From contig NW_003314320.1 of assembly GCF_000143415.4 (NCBI RefSeq), forward strand, positions 246,586 to 310,585: a DNA stretch of 64,000 bases. Reading direction: 5' to 3'. Shown one piece after another: positions 1-11,944 of the stretch. Source of the DNA: Selaginella moellendorffii. Its lineage: Eukaryota > Plantae > Lycopodiophyta. The notes under the pieces were generated by a model, which searched no databases, was not told the origin of the DNA, and saw only the letters and a list, made by a program, of their open reading frames with translations. The translations under genes and the position numbers were made by a program. How positions within the stretch are numbered: the stretch's first letter is position 1; each line of letters opens with the position of its first letter.

Positions 1-3000
1 CGAACCGGTATGCCATTTCCACCACCCGAGGTTCAACTTTTGCCACCAGTTCGTCCGCCAATGAGCGAGAAAGCCATCGCTGGTACCGAGAGATTGATAA
101 TGCTGCACGAGCAGGAGCAAGCCCGTCTCGAGAGGAAACGCAAAGTAAGAAAAACTTGGATTCGGTCCTTTCTCTGCTAAATCCTTTCTCTACCAGGCCG
201 AGGAAGCTCGAATCGCGAAAGAGCACGAAGCACAGGATAAGCGGATGAAAAAGGAAATGGAGAGGCAGGAGGCAATGCGGAGAAAGGTTTAGTTTTGTTT
301 CTTTGGGCCGTGATGGATTTTACTGAGTGAGTTCGTGCTTTTGTATATTTCTTAGCAGAAAGAGGATCAAGAGAGGAAAGAGTCGGAGAAAGTTCACAGG
401 GAGAAGCAAAAGGAGCTTGAAAGGCTGGCTCGGGAGAAAGCTCGCGAAGAGGAGCGCCTCCAGAGGCAGCACAAGAAAGAGTATGAGCGCATGGAAAAGC
501 TATTGCAGAAAGAAAACCAGCGAGTAAGTGTTTGGTTTTTCGTTTCCAAGTTCACTCCTGGACTTTTGTGTTACACAGGTTGCAAAGCTTCGTCAAAAGG
601 AAGAGATGAGACGAGAGAAAGAGGCCACGAAGCTGAGGGCTGCTTACGAGCGAGCCACAGCGAAAAAACTTGCCAAACTTTCAACGGGGCTTATCGATGA
701 CGAGCAGCTGGAGCTGATGCAAATGGGAGCTTTTGTGCAAGGACTTATCTCCGGCTCTGAATTTGATCCAAACAAGAGTAAGAAAATGACACTCTGGTGA
801 AAAGTCTTACACGTTTCTTTTTACTCGTTTTTCTTGCTGAAAACAGTTGAATTGCCGATGTTTCCTCCTGCTTCTGTCCGCATGAAACCACCTATTGGAG
901 TTCCTCCCTGGAATGACTCAAATCACAACGTTGCTAACCTCTTCATGGTATACTCGTGGTTTTCTAGTTATCCTTTGTGTCATACAAAACGTCCTCTCAG
1001 GTGTGGAGAATGCTCACTAACTTCGCAGACGTGATTGGTCTGTGGCCATTCACTCTGGATGAGTTTGTACAGGCGCTACATGACTATGTAAGTGTGATGT
1101 TTCTCTTTCGCTCCTAACTCTACTTCGTTTTTTCTTCAAGGATTCGAGACTCTTGGGAGAAATACACATTGCTTTGCTGAAAACTCTGGTGAAAGACGTC
1201 AAAGACGCGTCACAGGCAGCTGCGATTGGAAGTAACCAAGCACTGGCAGTCGCATCGGGAGGACATCCGGAACTTGTCGAAGCAGTATTGTTTTTTCTTC
1301 CTTTCTTGAGAAAAAACTCCTCATCCTTGGTTTCCAGGCGTATGCATGGGGCTTTGATATCCAAGAGTGGGGACAGCACGTAAATGCTCTAACTTGGCCA
1401 GAGATTTTAAGGCAGTTTGCTCTAGCCTCCGGCTATGGTCCCAGATGGAAGAAGAAAATTACCGAGACAGCTCCTAGCACACCAGTAGCGGAAGTAAGTT
1501 TCTCATTTTTCCAGCTCTAAAGTCTTTCTTGTTCTTACGTGTTTCCTTGCTCAGGGAAAAAATGCCGAGGACGCAGTTGCCAACTTACGTTCCGGTGCCG
1601 CAGCTGCCAATGCTGTCACTCAAATGCGAGGAAGAAACTCCAGCCGTGTTCGAAAGCAGCAGCAGCAACATAAGCCTGTTCTCACTCCAGGCACAGTGAA
1701 ATTCGCTGCGTTCCAAGTTCTCTCGGTCGAAGGGAGCAAAGGCCTCACTATCTTGGAAGTGGTCGACCGTGTCCAGGTAAAAGTATACATCACTCGGAAC
1801 AAAACTGACTTTCCATTTTTTTTTCCAGAAAGCTGGCCTACGCGACTTATCGACGAGTAAGACACCAGAGGCATCGATCTCGGCTGTCCTCTCCCGAGAC
1901 ACAAAACTGTTCGAGCGCGTAGCACCCTCCACGTACTGCGTGCGCCCCGTGTTTAGAAAAAGCCCGGAGGAAGCCGAGGCCGTGCTCCAGGCCGCTCGCG
2001 AGAAGATTCGCCAGTGCGAGAGCCGGCTCTCGGACGCCGAGCCGGAGCCTCTCGAGGAGGATATCATCGAAGAGGCCGAGGAAAGGGAGGAAGAGGAAGA
2101 GTGTGACGAGCAAGATATCGAAGAGACCGAAGAACGAGAAGTTAAAAACGAGACTGCCACCACGACCATTAGCACGATCGAAACCACCGTTACCACCACC
2201 ACCACCAACAATAGTCCTTCGAGTAGTGGAAAAGTGATACTGCGGCTCAAAGTTGGGAAGCTAACGCCAAGCTCGGATGCTCCAGCGGTAGAAAGCGGGC
2301 AGAAGGAGGAGTGTGTAAAGGCCGAGCCGGAGCGGCTTCACAGTAGCTTAGATATGAATGTGGAGAGCGTAGAAGGGCTGGCACAGGAAAGCAGCGATGG
2401 CATGGAGATAGATGAGAGTCAGGTTGGTGAAGTTTGGGTGCAAGGACTCATGGAAGGCGAGTACACGGATTTGAGCGTCGAGGAGAGGCTGTGTGGATTG
2501 GTTGCTCTCGTGGATGCTGTCAACCAAGGGAGCACTGTTCGCTCGGCCATAGAGGTGAGTTTTTCTTTGTTTTCATCACTCAAAGTTTGCATATAAACTT
2601 TGCATTCCAGGAGCGATACGAGGCTGCGTCGGCTCTCAAGAGACAGCTCTGGGAGGAAGTCCAGATCGATAAGCGTCGGCTAAAAGAAGAATGCAGCAAA
2701 GCCGAGGCTGCAAAGGTCGACGAGACGAATCTGCAACAACAGCAAGTGGATGAGAAACCACTGCTGCAAGCTCTGGAGAATGGATCACAGGAGGCTCAGG
2801 AGCAGCAGCTGGATGGAGATGAAGATGGCAGCTCCAATCCTGCGCAAGCCTTGAGCGAAGATCCAAACGAGAGGCAGCAAAAGTGTGCTTCGCAGCACTC
2901 GGACAGGTCCCGGGCCGATATGAAAGCCGATATCAGGTTGCGAGCGGAGAAACTCTACGTTATTCGGTCGCTTCCTCTAGGTTTGGACCGGAGGCACAAC

Positions 3001-5174
3001 CGGTACTGGCAGTTCGTCACTAGTAGTAGCGGACACGACCCTGGGTGTAAAAGGATCTACTTTGAATCGCATGAAGATGGCCACTGGGAAGTCATCGACA
3101 CCGAAGAGGTGAGTGTAGTATCCTTCATCTTTTTGAGTTGCATGGCTTTAGAGAAATGTTTGTTCTCCCAGTTTTCATGGATGGTTTTCGTTTCTTACGT
3201 GCAAGAGTTTTCTTTTCTCTTCTCTTATTGGTCACTCACTAAACAAAGTTTGTGTCCATTTCGGCAGGCTTTGAATGCGCTGATGAACTCTCTGGACATA
3301 AGAGGCACGAGAGAAGCAAATCTCTTCGTAGCTCTCAAGGAGCTTGAAGGCTCGCTAAGGCAAGCCATGAGCAGCTCTAGCACCAAGCAGAACCAAGACC
3401 ACCACCAAAGTCACCACACCGGAAATGGAAATGGAGCTGGAGTTCAAGCTGGAGCTGCGAGTGGAAATGGAAATGGAAACGACTCTTGCGAGGGGAGTCC
3501 ATCTTCCAGCGCCGTGGTTGGAAATGGCGGCAAAGACTCGACGAGCTCCGACGCTCGGGTAGGATCGCTTAAAGTCGAGCTCGGAAGATCAGCGTCGGAG
3601 AACTCCGGTGCCATGGAACGATACAAAGACATGGAAAGGTGGCTGTGGAGGCACTGCAGCGTCAAGGCGCTGCAAAGAGGTGGCGAGAAGCGACGAGAGA
3701 GCGAGAGCGATGGGATGATCGCCGAGTGTGAGTCGTGCCATGACTTGCGCTGGGCCGTCGACAAGCACTGCCCGTTTTGCCACTCCACCGGCGAGGAAGA
3801 TGTCTGGAGTGATTTCTCGCAGCACGTCCGCGACTGCGAGCAAAAGATGATCAGCAGGGATCCCGCCTGGAGAATCCAAGGTGGTGTTCTTCCTCCGCGA
3901 ATACAGTTGCTCAAGAAACTGCTGTTTCTAGTCGAGGTAACTTTCGTTTCTTCTATTGCATTGTCTTGAAACGCTTCCTTCTTCCCTAGATTTGTATTCC
4001 TTGCGAGGCACTTAAGCCTGCATGGTCGACAAATTCTTACAGAAAGGCGTGGTGTCAAAGGCTCAAGGTTGCTTCTTCGGCAGGAGAAATTCTCCAGGTA
4101 GAGTTAAAAGTTTTGGAGCTTGGTGCTATCTTTCTTTATCTCTTTTTCTTGTTTTCTTTGCAGGCATTCATGGATCTGGAGGGAGCAATCGACGAGGACT
4201 GGATCTCTTCCTCGTACGAGTCGATCGAGCAAGTTGGCAGACTCATCGGCATTCAGAGAAAAAATCCCCCCTGGATCCCGCAGACCTCCGCTGCTGTTGC
4301 TCTTCGACTGATGGTCTTTGACTCTTCGATCGCCTACACCGAAGAACAAAAGCAGCAGCTCATGGACAGGCAACGAAGAGTAAGCCATCCATCCATTTCG
4401 CGTGTTCTTTTGCTTACTTTTCCTGAGTTTTTACTTTCGTTCGTGTTTTTAAGTTGAGAATCGGTTCTTACGTTTCTCTCCTTCCAGGTTCCAATGAGAA
4501 GATCGAAAGGAGAGGCCCGCGAAGTTTTATACGAGGCTGGTAGTGCTAGGCCGGCAGAAGGAGAGGAAGACAAAGAGACCAAGGAGGCAGAGTTTAATTC
4601 TCAAGAGGAGGAGCTACCACCACAGTTTTACGAGAGGAGTGGTGGTGACTTTGGAGCTCATCCATCTTGGAGCGCTCGGCAAGAGAGCGCCGCCGTTCTA
4701 CTGGAAGAGGAAGAAGAAGATGATGAAGACGAAGATAAGAGGCTGGCAATGAAAGCTAGTGGCGAGAGTGACGATAGCTCGCAGATGAACTGGGAAGGCC
4801 AGGATTCTTTCGAGGAGCTCGAGCAGCCAGGCCATGGAAGCCTCCATCATCTGGAAGAGCTGGAGATGGAGGAGGAAGAGGATGGATTGATGTTGGAAGA
4901 GGAGGAGGAGCTGAGTGACGAGGAAGAGGAGAGCGAGGAGGAAGAGTTCCAGCAGCAAGCGTCGAGCAGTGATACGGACGAAGAGCAAAACAAGCACGAC
5001 AACTTGGTGGTGGCCAAGAACTTGATCAACATCAATGCGAGCTTGGAAGAAAGCGGTGATGATCTTCATACTGCTGCTGCTGCTAGCAAGATCAATGGCG
5101 GTTCCAGCGAGAGAGTTGTAAACTGCGGCTTGACAAGCGAGTTAGAGTTTGAGCGGGGGACGTATGAGGAGTGA
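1..5174 (+). CDS. RLT: Homeobox-DDT domain protein, RINGLET (RLT1/RLT2-like) ISWI partner; multi-exon, 5' end outside window
   Basis: Spliced translation gives a DDT domain (NLFMVWRMLTNFADVIGLWPFTLDEFVQALHDYDSRLLGEIHIALLK), a HARE-HTH (GTVKFAAFQVLSVEGSKGLTILEV...LSTSKTPEASISAVLSRDTKLFERVAPSTYCVR), WHIM1 (WVQGLMEGEYTDLSVEERL), a WSD motif (PLGLDRRHNRYWQF), a CxxC...HCPFCH knuckle and an acidic tail ending at TGA 5174. Short GT-AG introns join the ORF pieces. Confidence 0.93.
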
Positions 5175-5529
5175 GTGGAAGTTTTACTTTCTCCCATACA
5201 GCGAAGGTGTCTCTCTTCTCGTCGTACAGTTTGATTTGTGAATTCAACCCTGACTTTTGTATGTAATTTCTTCTAGGAAAAAAGGTTTCTTTATTCTATG
5301 AATTTATTGATTGCTTTGAGATGTCCTAGATTAAACATTTGACAGAAGGCAGAAGAGACTCGTTCTTCATTTTCTTGATACTTAAAAAAGTGATGTGTGG
5401 GATTATGATTGAACGCTTTTAAGTCAGAATCTGTGCTACATACCTGATTAAGGTTAGGAAGAATTATAATCCATGTTTGAATTAAATCCAGAATATTCTT
5501 ATTCTAGAGTCTTAGAACCCTAAACGTCC

Positions 5530-5537
5530 AAACCCTA
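5530..5537 (+). promoter_or_regulatory. Telo-box (AAACCCTA) just upstream of gene A; a second GAACCCTAAA lies ~15 nt upstream
   Basis: Exact motif ~20 nt before ATG 5556. The same motif family precedes several housekeeping genes in this window (e.g. ~36526, ~41862, ~49617/49652). Confidence 0.55.
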
Positions 5538-5555
5538 AAGTTGAGGGTGGCATCG

Positions 5556-7211
5556 ATGGATGCATCGGAACTGGAGAGTGACGCAGCGGCATCGGAACTC
5601 GAGAGTGATGCAGCGGCTGAGTTGATGCTTTTGGAAGAGGAGCCATTCGTGAGAGGTAGTGTCAAAGCTTACCTTGCTCAGCCTATGAGGGCTGTGCCTG
5701 CTGGGGTTGACGCATATCATCGTTTCCTGTTGTCGACATCACCTCCTCTGGTGGATCTCTGCCCGCAGGACTTCGAGACGGACTGCTGGGATAGCTTCCT
5801 CTGTGATATGAATTCTTGGTTCTCTGGGCTTCCAGACAGGCCTCTGAGATCAAAGCCAGAAGTGCTGATCGATCTTCATTTCAGAGGTTTCCTTTTCTCA
5901 GCGGCTGACACGGTGCTGCAACTCGTAAAGGGACCCAAGGATGTGTGTGCTGGCATGGCGAGCTATGCCATTGGGAACTGGATAGGTGCGCCGGAGCTTG
6001 TGGTGAGCAGCAAGGGCCATAGCCCGCTTGTTGTTGGTGTCATGGTGGGGGTCATTGACACGGGAGCAGTTGCGAGGGTCTATGCTTACATGCTGAGCAG
6101 TGGTTCTTCGTTTGGGGTCGTCTCATCCTACGCAGAGACGAAGTTTTGCGCGCGCTTGGACAACCGGTTTCTCTTGTCAGACCCTGTTCCACTTCCGCTT
6201 ATCGGCATCAGGTTTCTGATTCACATGGCTACTGGACACAGGGTGCAGCAGAGTACCAGGCCACTACCTTCTCCACGAGGCTTTGCGTCGCGCTTTGCGA
6301 TGGGTGTCTTTGAGACGTGCTGCCATGTCGCAGGGGTGCATCGCATGGCCAAGATGGTCCACGAAGTGGGCAGCTTGGAGGCTCGGGATCTTCAGATTCT
6401 AGAGTTTTTGTCCGGGGCCACGGGAAGGATTTCCGCTGTTTACCGTGCTCTGTACAAGGGCAAAAACGTCGTCGTGAAGATCACGGACTTGACCACAGGT
6501 TAAAAGCTTATTTCTACCAGCCCAGAGCTTTCACCAAATTGTGATTGGCTTTTGCAGGTGTTACAAGTGTCCAAGACTGCTTGATGAAGTGTGTGAGGGA
6601 GGTGGATGCGTACATTCGGCTGCATAAGCTGCAGCGAACTTGTATCCCTTGCTTGTTTGAGTATGGGTTCTTGTGCGGCGGGATGTTCTTCTGTGTGGTG
6701 ATGTCGGATGCTGGCAACTCGGCAGGAGAGGGGTGGTCGCCGGTCGATCAGGACGAGGTAGAGGCCGTCGTGTCTCGAGCACGAAAGGCTCTTGAGAGCT
6801 TTCATGCTCGTGGAGTGGCCATGGGTGACCTTTGCGTCGAGAACATACTTGTTTGGCCACATGACAAGAGAGTCGCCATAGTCGGCTTTGAGGAGTGCCT
6901 GGTGGGTCCAGCTTGTTCTAAGGTGGCCATGGGCAACGATATTATTGCTCTTCGCGAGTGTGAGCTTGTGTTACAGCAGATGGTGTTACAGGAGATGGCG
7001 TCCATGAAAGCGACGCGCTCACGAGACACGAGGGGTACTGCCACAGCGGACTGGGAACTCTGGCTTGCAGACGTGGTCGATTCTGCCGAGTCTGGTGTGA
7101 ATCTAGAGGATACAGAGGAGACAGAGGATACAGAGGATACAGAGGATACAGATACAGAGGTTTGTTTCAGCTTTACTGCTATTAGGTACTTATTATGTCT
7201 TGCAGGAGTAA
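5556..7211 (+). CDS. Gene A, copy 1: Crinkler/Spok-type protein with a degenerate REase-fold domain and a kinase-like (probable pseudokinase) domain
   Basis: ATG 5556. Intron 6499-6557 (GT..TTTGCAG, phase 1) joins ORFs 5541 and 6545 in frame. A probable intron 7160-7205 then gives GAG TAA; unspliced, the stop is at 7216. Kinase motifs: VYRALYKGKNVVVK, REVDAYIRLHKLQRTCIPCLFEYG, HARGVAMGDLCVENILV, and IVGFEE in place of DFE/DFG. The N-terminal GAPELVV...VVGVMV...AVARVYAYMLSSGSSFGVVSSYAETKF...LLSDPV pattern resembles CR/Spok nuclease domains. Confidence 0.72.
7106..7159 (+). repeat. 9-bp coding tandem repeat (GAGGATACA)n encoding the acidic EDT/EET tail of gene A; also at ~21962-22015
   Basis: gaggatacagaggagacagaggatacagaggatacagaggatacagatacagag read directly from the sequence. 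Confidence 0.85.
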
Positions 7212-8299
7212 GCTGACGAGGTTCTCCAGCTTTGTTCTTTCTGTGCTTTCTTGTTTTTTCTTTTCCTTTGCTGTCTTACTTCTAATCCACTCACAAAGAT
7301 TAGATATTCATGATATTTCCCAGCAGTTTGTAGAAGTTTTCTAGAGTTGCTAAGTGGTGGAATAGTGCATGGCCAAACTTCACAGTAAGCAAAGGCAGAG
7401 GTCCACAACGAACGGGAAGCTCCACAAAGCACCTCCACAAACAGCTTTCAGGCTTGTGAACAGTAACTTGTCAAAAGTTGGAGAGGAGAGCAAAGTCAGG
7501 TGGGACTCAGGCATCAGCAGCGGGAGCTGGCACAGACTTTGATGGTGAAGCCAAGGCTTCCTCCACCATCTCTATTCCTGTTGCTCATCTTTGCCTAAGA
7601 GGGTGTTGTGTGGAGGGTTCTTGTCTTTGAGGTGTTAAATTTGATTATAGTGATCACAGGCTTTAGAAAAGCTCGAATTAAGACGGTTCATTGATGAGGA
7701 TAGTTTGAACAGGGCTACGGCCTGGAAGACAGGAGAACATCATATTATACATAGTAGAACATACAAGATGTTCACATTCTAGCTGACTGCCAGGACTTCC
7801 ACCAATGCATGAAAGAACTGATTGCCACCTCCTGTGTTGCCACTGCAAAGCATTAGGACGCATTTGTATATTCTAGGCATCTTCTATGTACTGCGTGGCG
7901 CCTATGCCATTCACTTTTTTGACAGAATTTCCAGGAATGTTTGCTGTGGCGGTGGCGTCAAAGGGACTCCACCACTGTGTTGCTGGCTACGGCTGCTAGG
8001 TGAAGACTGAAAAGGGAACAATGGCTTTCCTCACAACTCATATGACAAGGCAGCAGGTTTAAACCAATTAGTTTATGAGAGAAGCAAAAGATTTTTCCTG
8101 CAGCTTTTCTCTTTGGATTGCCTTGCCAAGCCTATGTGGTTTTCCAGAGGCAAAAAGGGATTGAATTCGTGAAGTTTAGTAGCATGAACTTAATTCTTCT
8201 GACTTTATGTATTTGGACATGCTAATGATTATGATGATGCCTTTTAACAATTGCATTGTTTAAATCAAGGGGCATTTGAGTTAATTATGCAATTCAATA

Positions 8300-11200
8300 T
8301 TCAATCTCTGAATTTTTTATTTCGTACAAAGCCAAATGTATAATGCATAAAGTTGGACATGTTATGGCTAACACTTTGTTAAGATTTTGTGGTACATTTG
8401 CACTAATCACCCATGACAATGCTCTATGACTTGCACAATATTATGAGATATCACTTCTCCCACTTATAGTTGCATATGTTTTAACTCCATTTCCTGTAAA
8501 AGATACTTTTGTTTTTATATGATGTTATTATTACTTATGCTCAAAGGACAAAAGTAAAGACATAATCATGGTTGTGACATTTGTTACTCGGTGTGTGATG
8601 AGATTACTTATATGTATTAGTGTCATTAGTGTTTCCTAGATTAACATCTTCTATTTCTTGGGTGGAGGCCTTCGCATCAATAATTCCTTATAGGTACTAC
8701 TGTAATGGAAAGTCATGATATAAAAATTCTTTAGAGTAATAAGAGTTTTTTATCCTTCTTTTGGAAGAACCATCAAGAAGTTCATTTAGCATCAATTCAT
8801 CAAATATTCACTTTCCAAACTTTTTTTTTAATAAAAGGTCCTTTATTATTTTCTTTATATTGGTTGATATATGTTTAAAAATCTATCTTTTATTGCTCTG
8901 CTTGTTGCCATATATTGCCTTCTACAATTGCATTAGTATAATCATGCTAAATGTGATTTTGAGACTTCTCCCCTTTATATAATACTCTTTCATATCTTTT
9001 TTATATCTCTTGTATTCTCTACTTTATCTTTTTATTTTCACCTCTATTTCCATCATTGTTTTTTCCATTACTTTTTTTTTTTTTTTTCTATTCTTCTATT
9101 CCCTTTTCAAATCACTTGAATGGTTTTTAGTTAAGGCAATTGACTAACTCAAGAAGAAGTATAGTGATCTTTTCACCTTTGATTTATCTTTTGAGGTTAA
9201 GATTGCATCCATCATCCAATCACAATTAAAGATGATTGACCAATTAAGATTTATTTTTAGCAATCGTTATAAAAAAGATTAAAATCTTATATGCAAATAG
9301 TAAGGAAATGTTAGAAAAAAGGTGTTATTTGAAAGTATTGAAATCCTTGAATATGTGAGCTTTATCTTGTGATAAATTTTAATAGGAGCATTTAATTTTA
9401 TATAAACTATTATGTAATAAACGATGTAACTATATCAAATATGTACTCTCTTCCTGATACTATTGTTTGGGGAAAAATCATTAATTCACCAAGTTAAATC
9501 TTGTTTCTAAATACTAAGAAGTGTTAATGGTTGGAAAGAAAAAAAACTTTTTATACACTATTTGATTTGTACGAGTTCTTGGTGATGCTATTTGATTTAA
9601 ACAATACTTTAACATAATAGATGATAAATAAAGTTCTTTATAATATGTCAAAAATGGCATTGACTTCATCAATGATATCTTTATCCTTTTGAAAAGGATA
9701 TGGGAAGAGCACATTTGTGATATCCACAAAATGTTGAACAATTCATGGAAAGATAGTTTGAAATTAAAGTGATTGAAATGCACATTTAGGTCTAAAGACA
9801 TGACTTATCTCGAGTATTATATTTCTCCTGAAGGCTTGTAAGTTAATTTTGATAAATTTATGTCATTAATCATACTTGCACCATTCCAAATGTTGATGAA
9901 GTTATCAACATTATTTTGTATTTGGTCTTAGGACTGCGAGTAAACATTTAAGAAAGTGTTAACAACTCTTTCAAAATTGGCAACTACACTTGATTTTTTA
10001 TCTTGCATATATATACTTTTAGTATTGGTATCGAATGTGTCTTGATGCAAGAGAGCACAAGTGTATTTAGTTAACATCATCCCATTGCATACATCAACTA
10101 TATTACAACTAATAAAAGTGAACTACACAATAAAGAAAGTCTCTCAAAAAGTTTCATGCATACTTGCATGGTTCTTTAATGTTGCTAGAGAGTAATTATA
10201 TTTCAATCACTTTATTATTAAAGTGAAAGAACTTGAATAGTCATATTGTTTAATAGAATTTGAAGCTTTAAATATATAACTTCGAGGTTATTTATTGCTT
10301 GGGGAGTTCTATAGTTGATATTAACATCTTTTCTTTAAGCTTCTTTTGCTTCTTTTTTTTCATCTTATGTTGTTAATAAGCTTATTATTCTAATATTGTT
10401 GGATTTTCTAGATGAGAATATAGTGTCATTAGTAGTTGTTATGTTTGATATTTAATATTTATAAGGTACAAAAACTAAATTTACCTTCTCTTGACAAGGT
10501 TCATGAGATTTAAAAGGTTGAGTTGTGCATTTAAAGACTTCATTATAAGTTTAAGAATTTTGTATCACTCGGATAACTTACCATTTTGGCATTTATATTT
10601 TCACTATTGTCTTAAAGATGACCTTTACTTTGTTTTTTATGACCATTTATGGCTTATGGTGCATTTGATTTTTATTCTACACTTTCTTTATGCTTACTAG
10701 GTGCCTTCGACATTTCTAATCTAAATAGATATATAAAACATTGTCATATGACTAAGAAATATGCATATATCATGGTATAGATATCCATTGGTGTTTCATT
10801 ATATAAACTTTTCTATAGTTATGATCTGATATTGCCAATCCCAAAACCTATGAGCATTCTTCTATTAATTTGAGTCAAGTTTGCTAAACACTTAAACTAT
10901 ATATAAATGGGATAACAATAGTGTTACAACTTGTATCATTAACCACCTATGGAGTATAAAGTAAATATGATTTATTTTTTCTTAATTTTATAATATATAA
11001 TTTATTTAAAGGGCTCCTTACCTAAAAGAGATAGTATTGAATATTACAGCAAGCTGAATTGCAAATTTATAAAGTTTAGCACAATATTTATCTAATGTTC
11101 CTCTAGATTCTAACTTATCAATACGAACACCTGGGATGATTGTGAGGTCTAGATATATGAATAATGCTATATACTATTATTAGTATAGTGGGATAGCTTT
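8300..11200 (-). mobile_element. Heavily decayed L1-like LINE ORF2 relic (APE endonuclease + reverse transcriptase), AT-rich; boundaries approximate
   Basis: Minus-strand motif remnants appear in ORF2 order across the two copies: SKLD and LAISDHN (APE SDH motif, 10821-10829); MQDKKSS (~9990); IWND-type segment; TIIPQII; LGRG; ISILSNNTFF (copy 2 LLDNTFF, a decayed FADDT, ~9325); GCNLNLKR (SGxxxNxxKS-like, ~9200). Many stops and frameshifts. Confidence 0.6.
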
Positions 11201-11653
11201 TAGATAATATATAATAATTTGAAATATTAATTATTAAGCATATAAAATCTATAATTCAGAATTTTCCAACAATAATAGTGGGAGACTTTGATATTAATGA
11301 TGAATCAAAAGGATTAATAATTTGCTACACATTGCATGCCGCAATGCTTAGTTTGCTTAATAGTAGTGTTATTCTTTAATTATAAAAATGTTTATAATGT
11401 ATAAACACAAGATTAATCTTATTTAATATTAATATTAGATGGTAGAATAAACTAGAATATACTAGGAAGTGTTAAGTAAATTATAAACATGTTTATAAAT
11501 TATAAATATAAGATTATGAGATGATAAAATATTCTAGAATATTTAAATATATTTTAAATATATTCACTACCATTATTTTAGCTATGTTCCTAATTCACTC
11601 CCCGCTTAAGCAAACGAAAAATGTGTTTTCTCAAGATTGACATGCATTTGTTA

Positions 11654-11661
11654 AAACCCTA
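11654..11661 (+). promoter_or_regulatory. Telo-box upstream of gene B and its uORF
   Basis: AAACCCTA at the edge of the AT-rich block; retained in copy 2 (~26423). Confidence 0.5.
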
Positions 11662-11944
11662 GGTCTTGGTTATGAAGGTCCTATGCTCTCTAGAAACAGT
11701 GGGCGAAGGGACTCCTCACGTCATCTGGAGATCAATCCTGAAAATCTTCTAGTGGGCGCCAATGTGGAGGAAGAAAGGCTCGATCTCTTCTACGTGGACG
11801 GCGTGAAGAGACAGAAATTCGCTTTCTGGGGTGGAGGTGGTGGTGGAGCAGTGATGGCCGCCAGTGGCAAGAAAGAAGAAAAAGAGATCTAAGTTTTGCC
11901 TTTTATTTCTTGTGTTTGGAACTCTCGAGGTTTTACGGTTTCAA

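Noticed and set aside
2434-3969. 511-aa ORF (and 17346-18824) as a stand-alone gene
   Set aside because: It is RLT exons plus read-through introns; the hydrophobic F/S-rich stretches are pyrimidine-rich intron sequence.
8761-10700. Short hydrophobic ORFs in the AT-rich block (8761, 9514, 10491)
   Set aside because: They are not conserved as ORFs in the second copy and are by-products of decayed LINE sequence.
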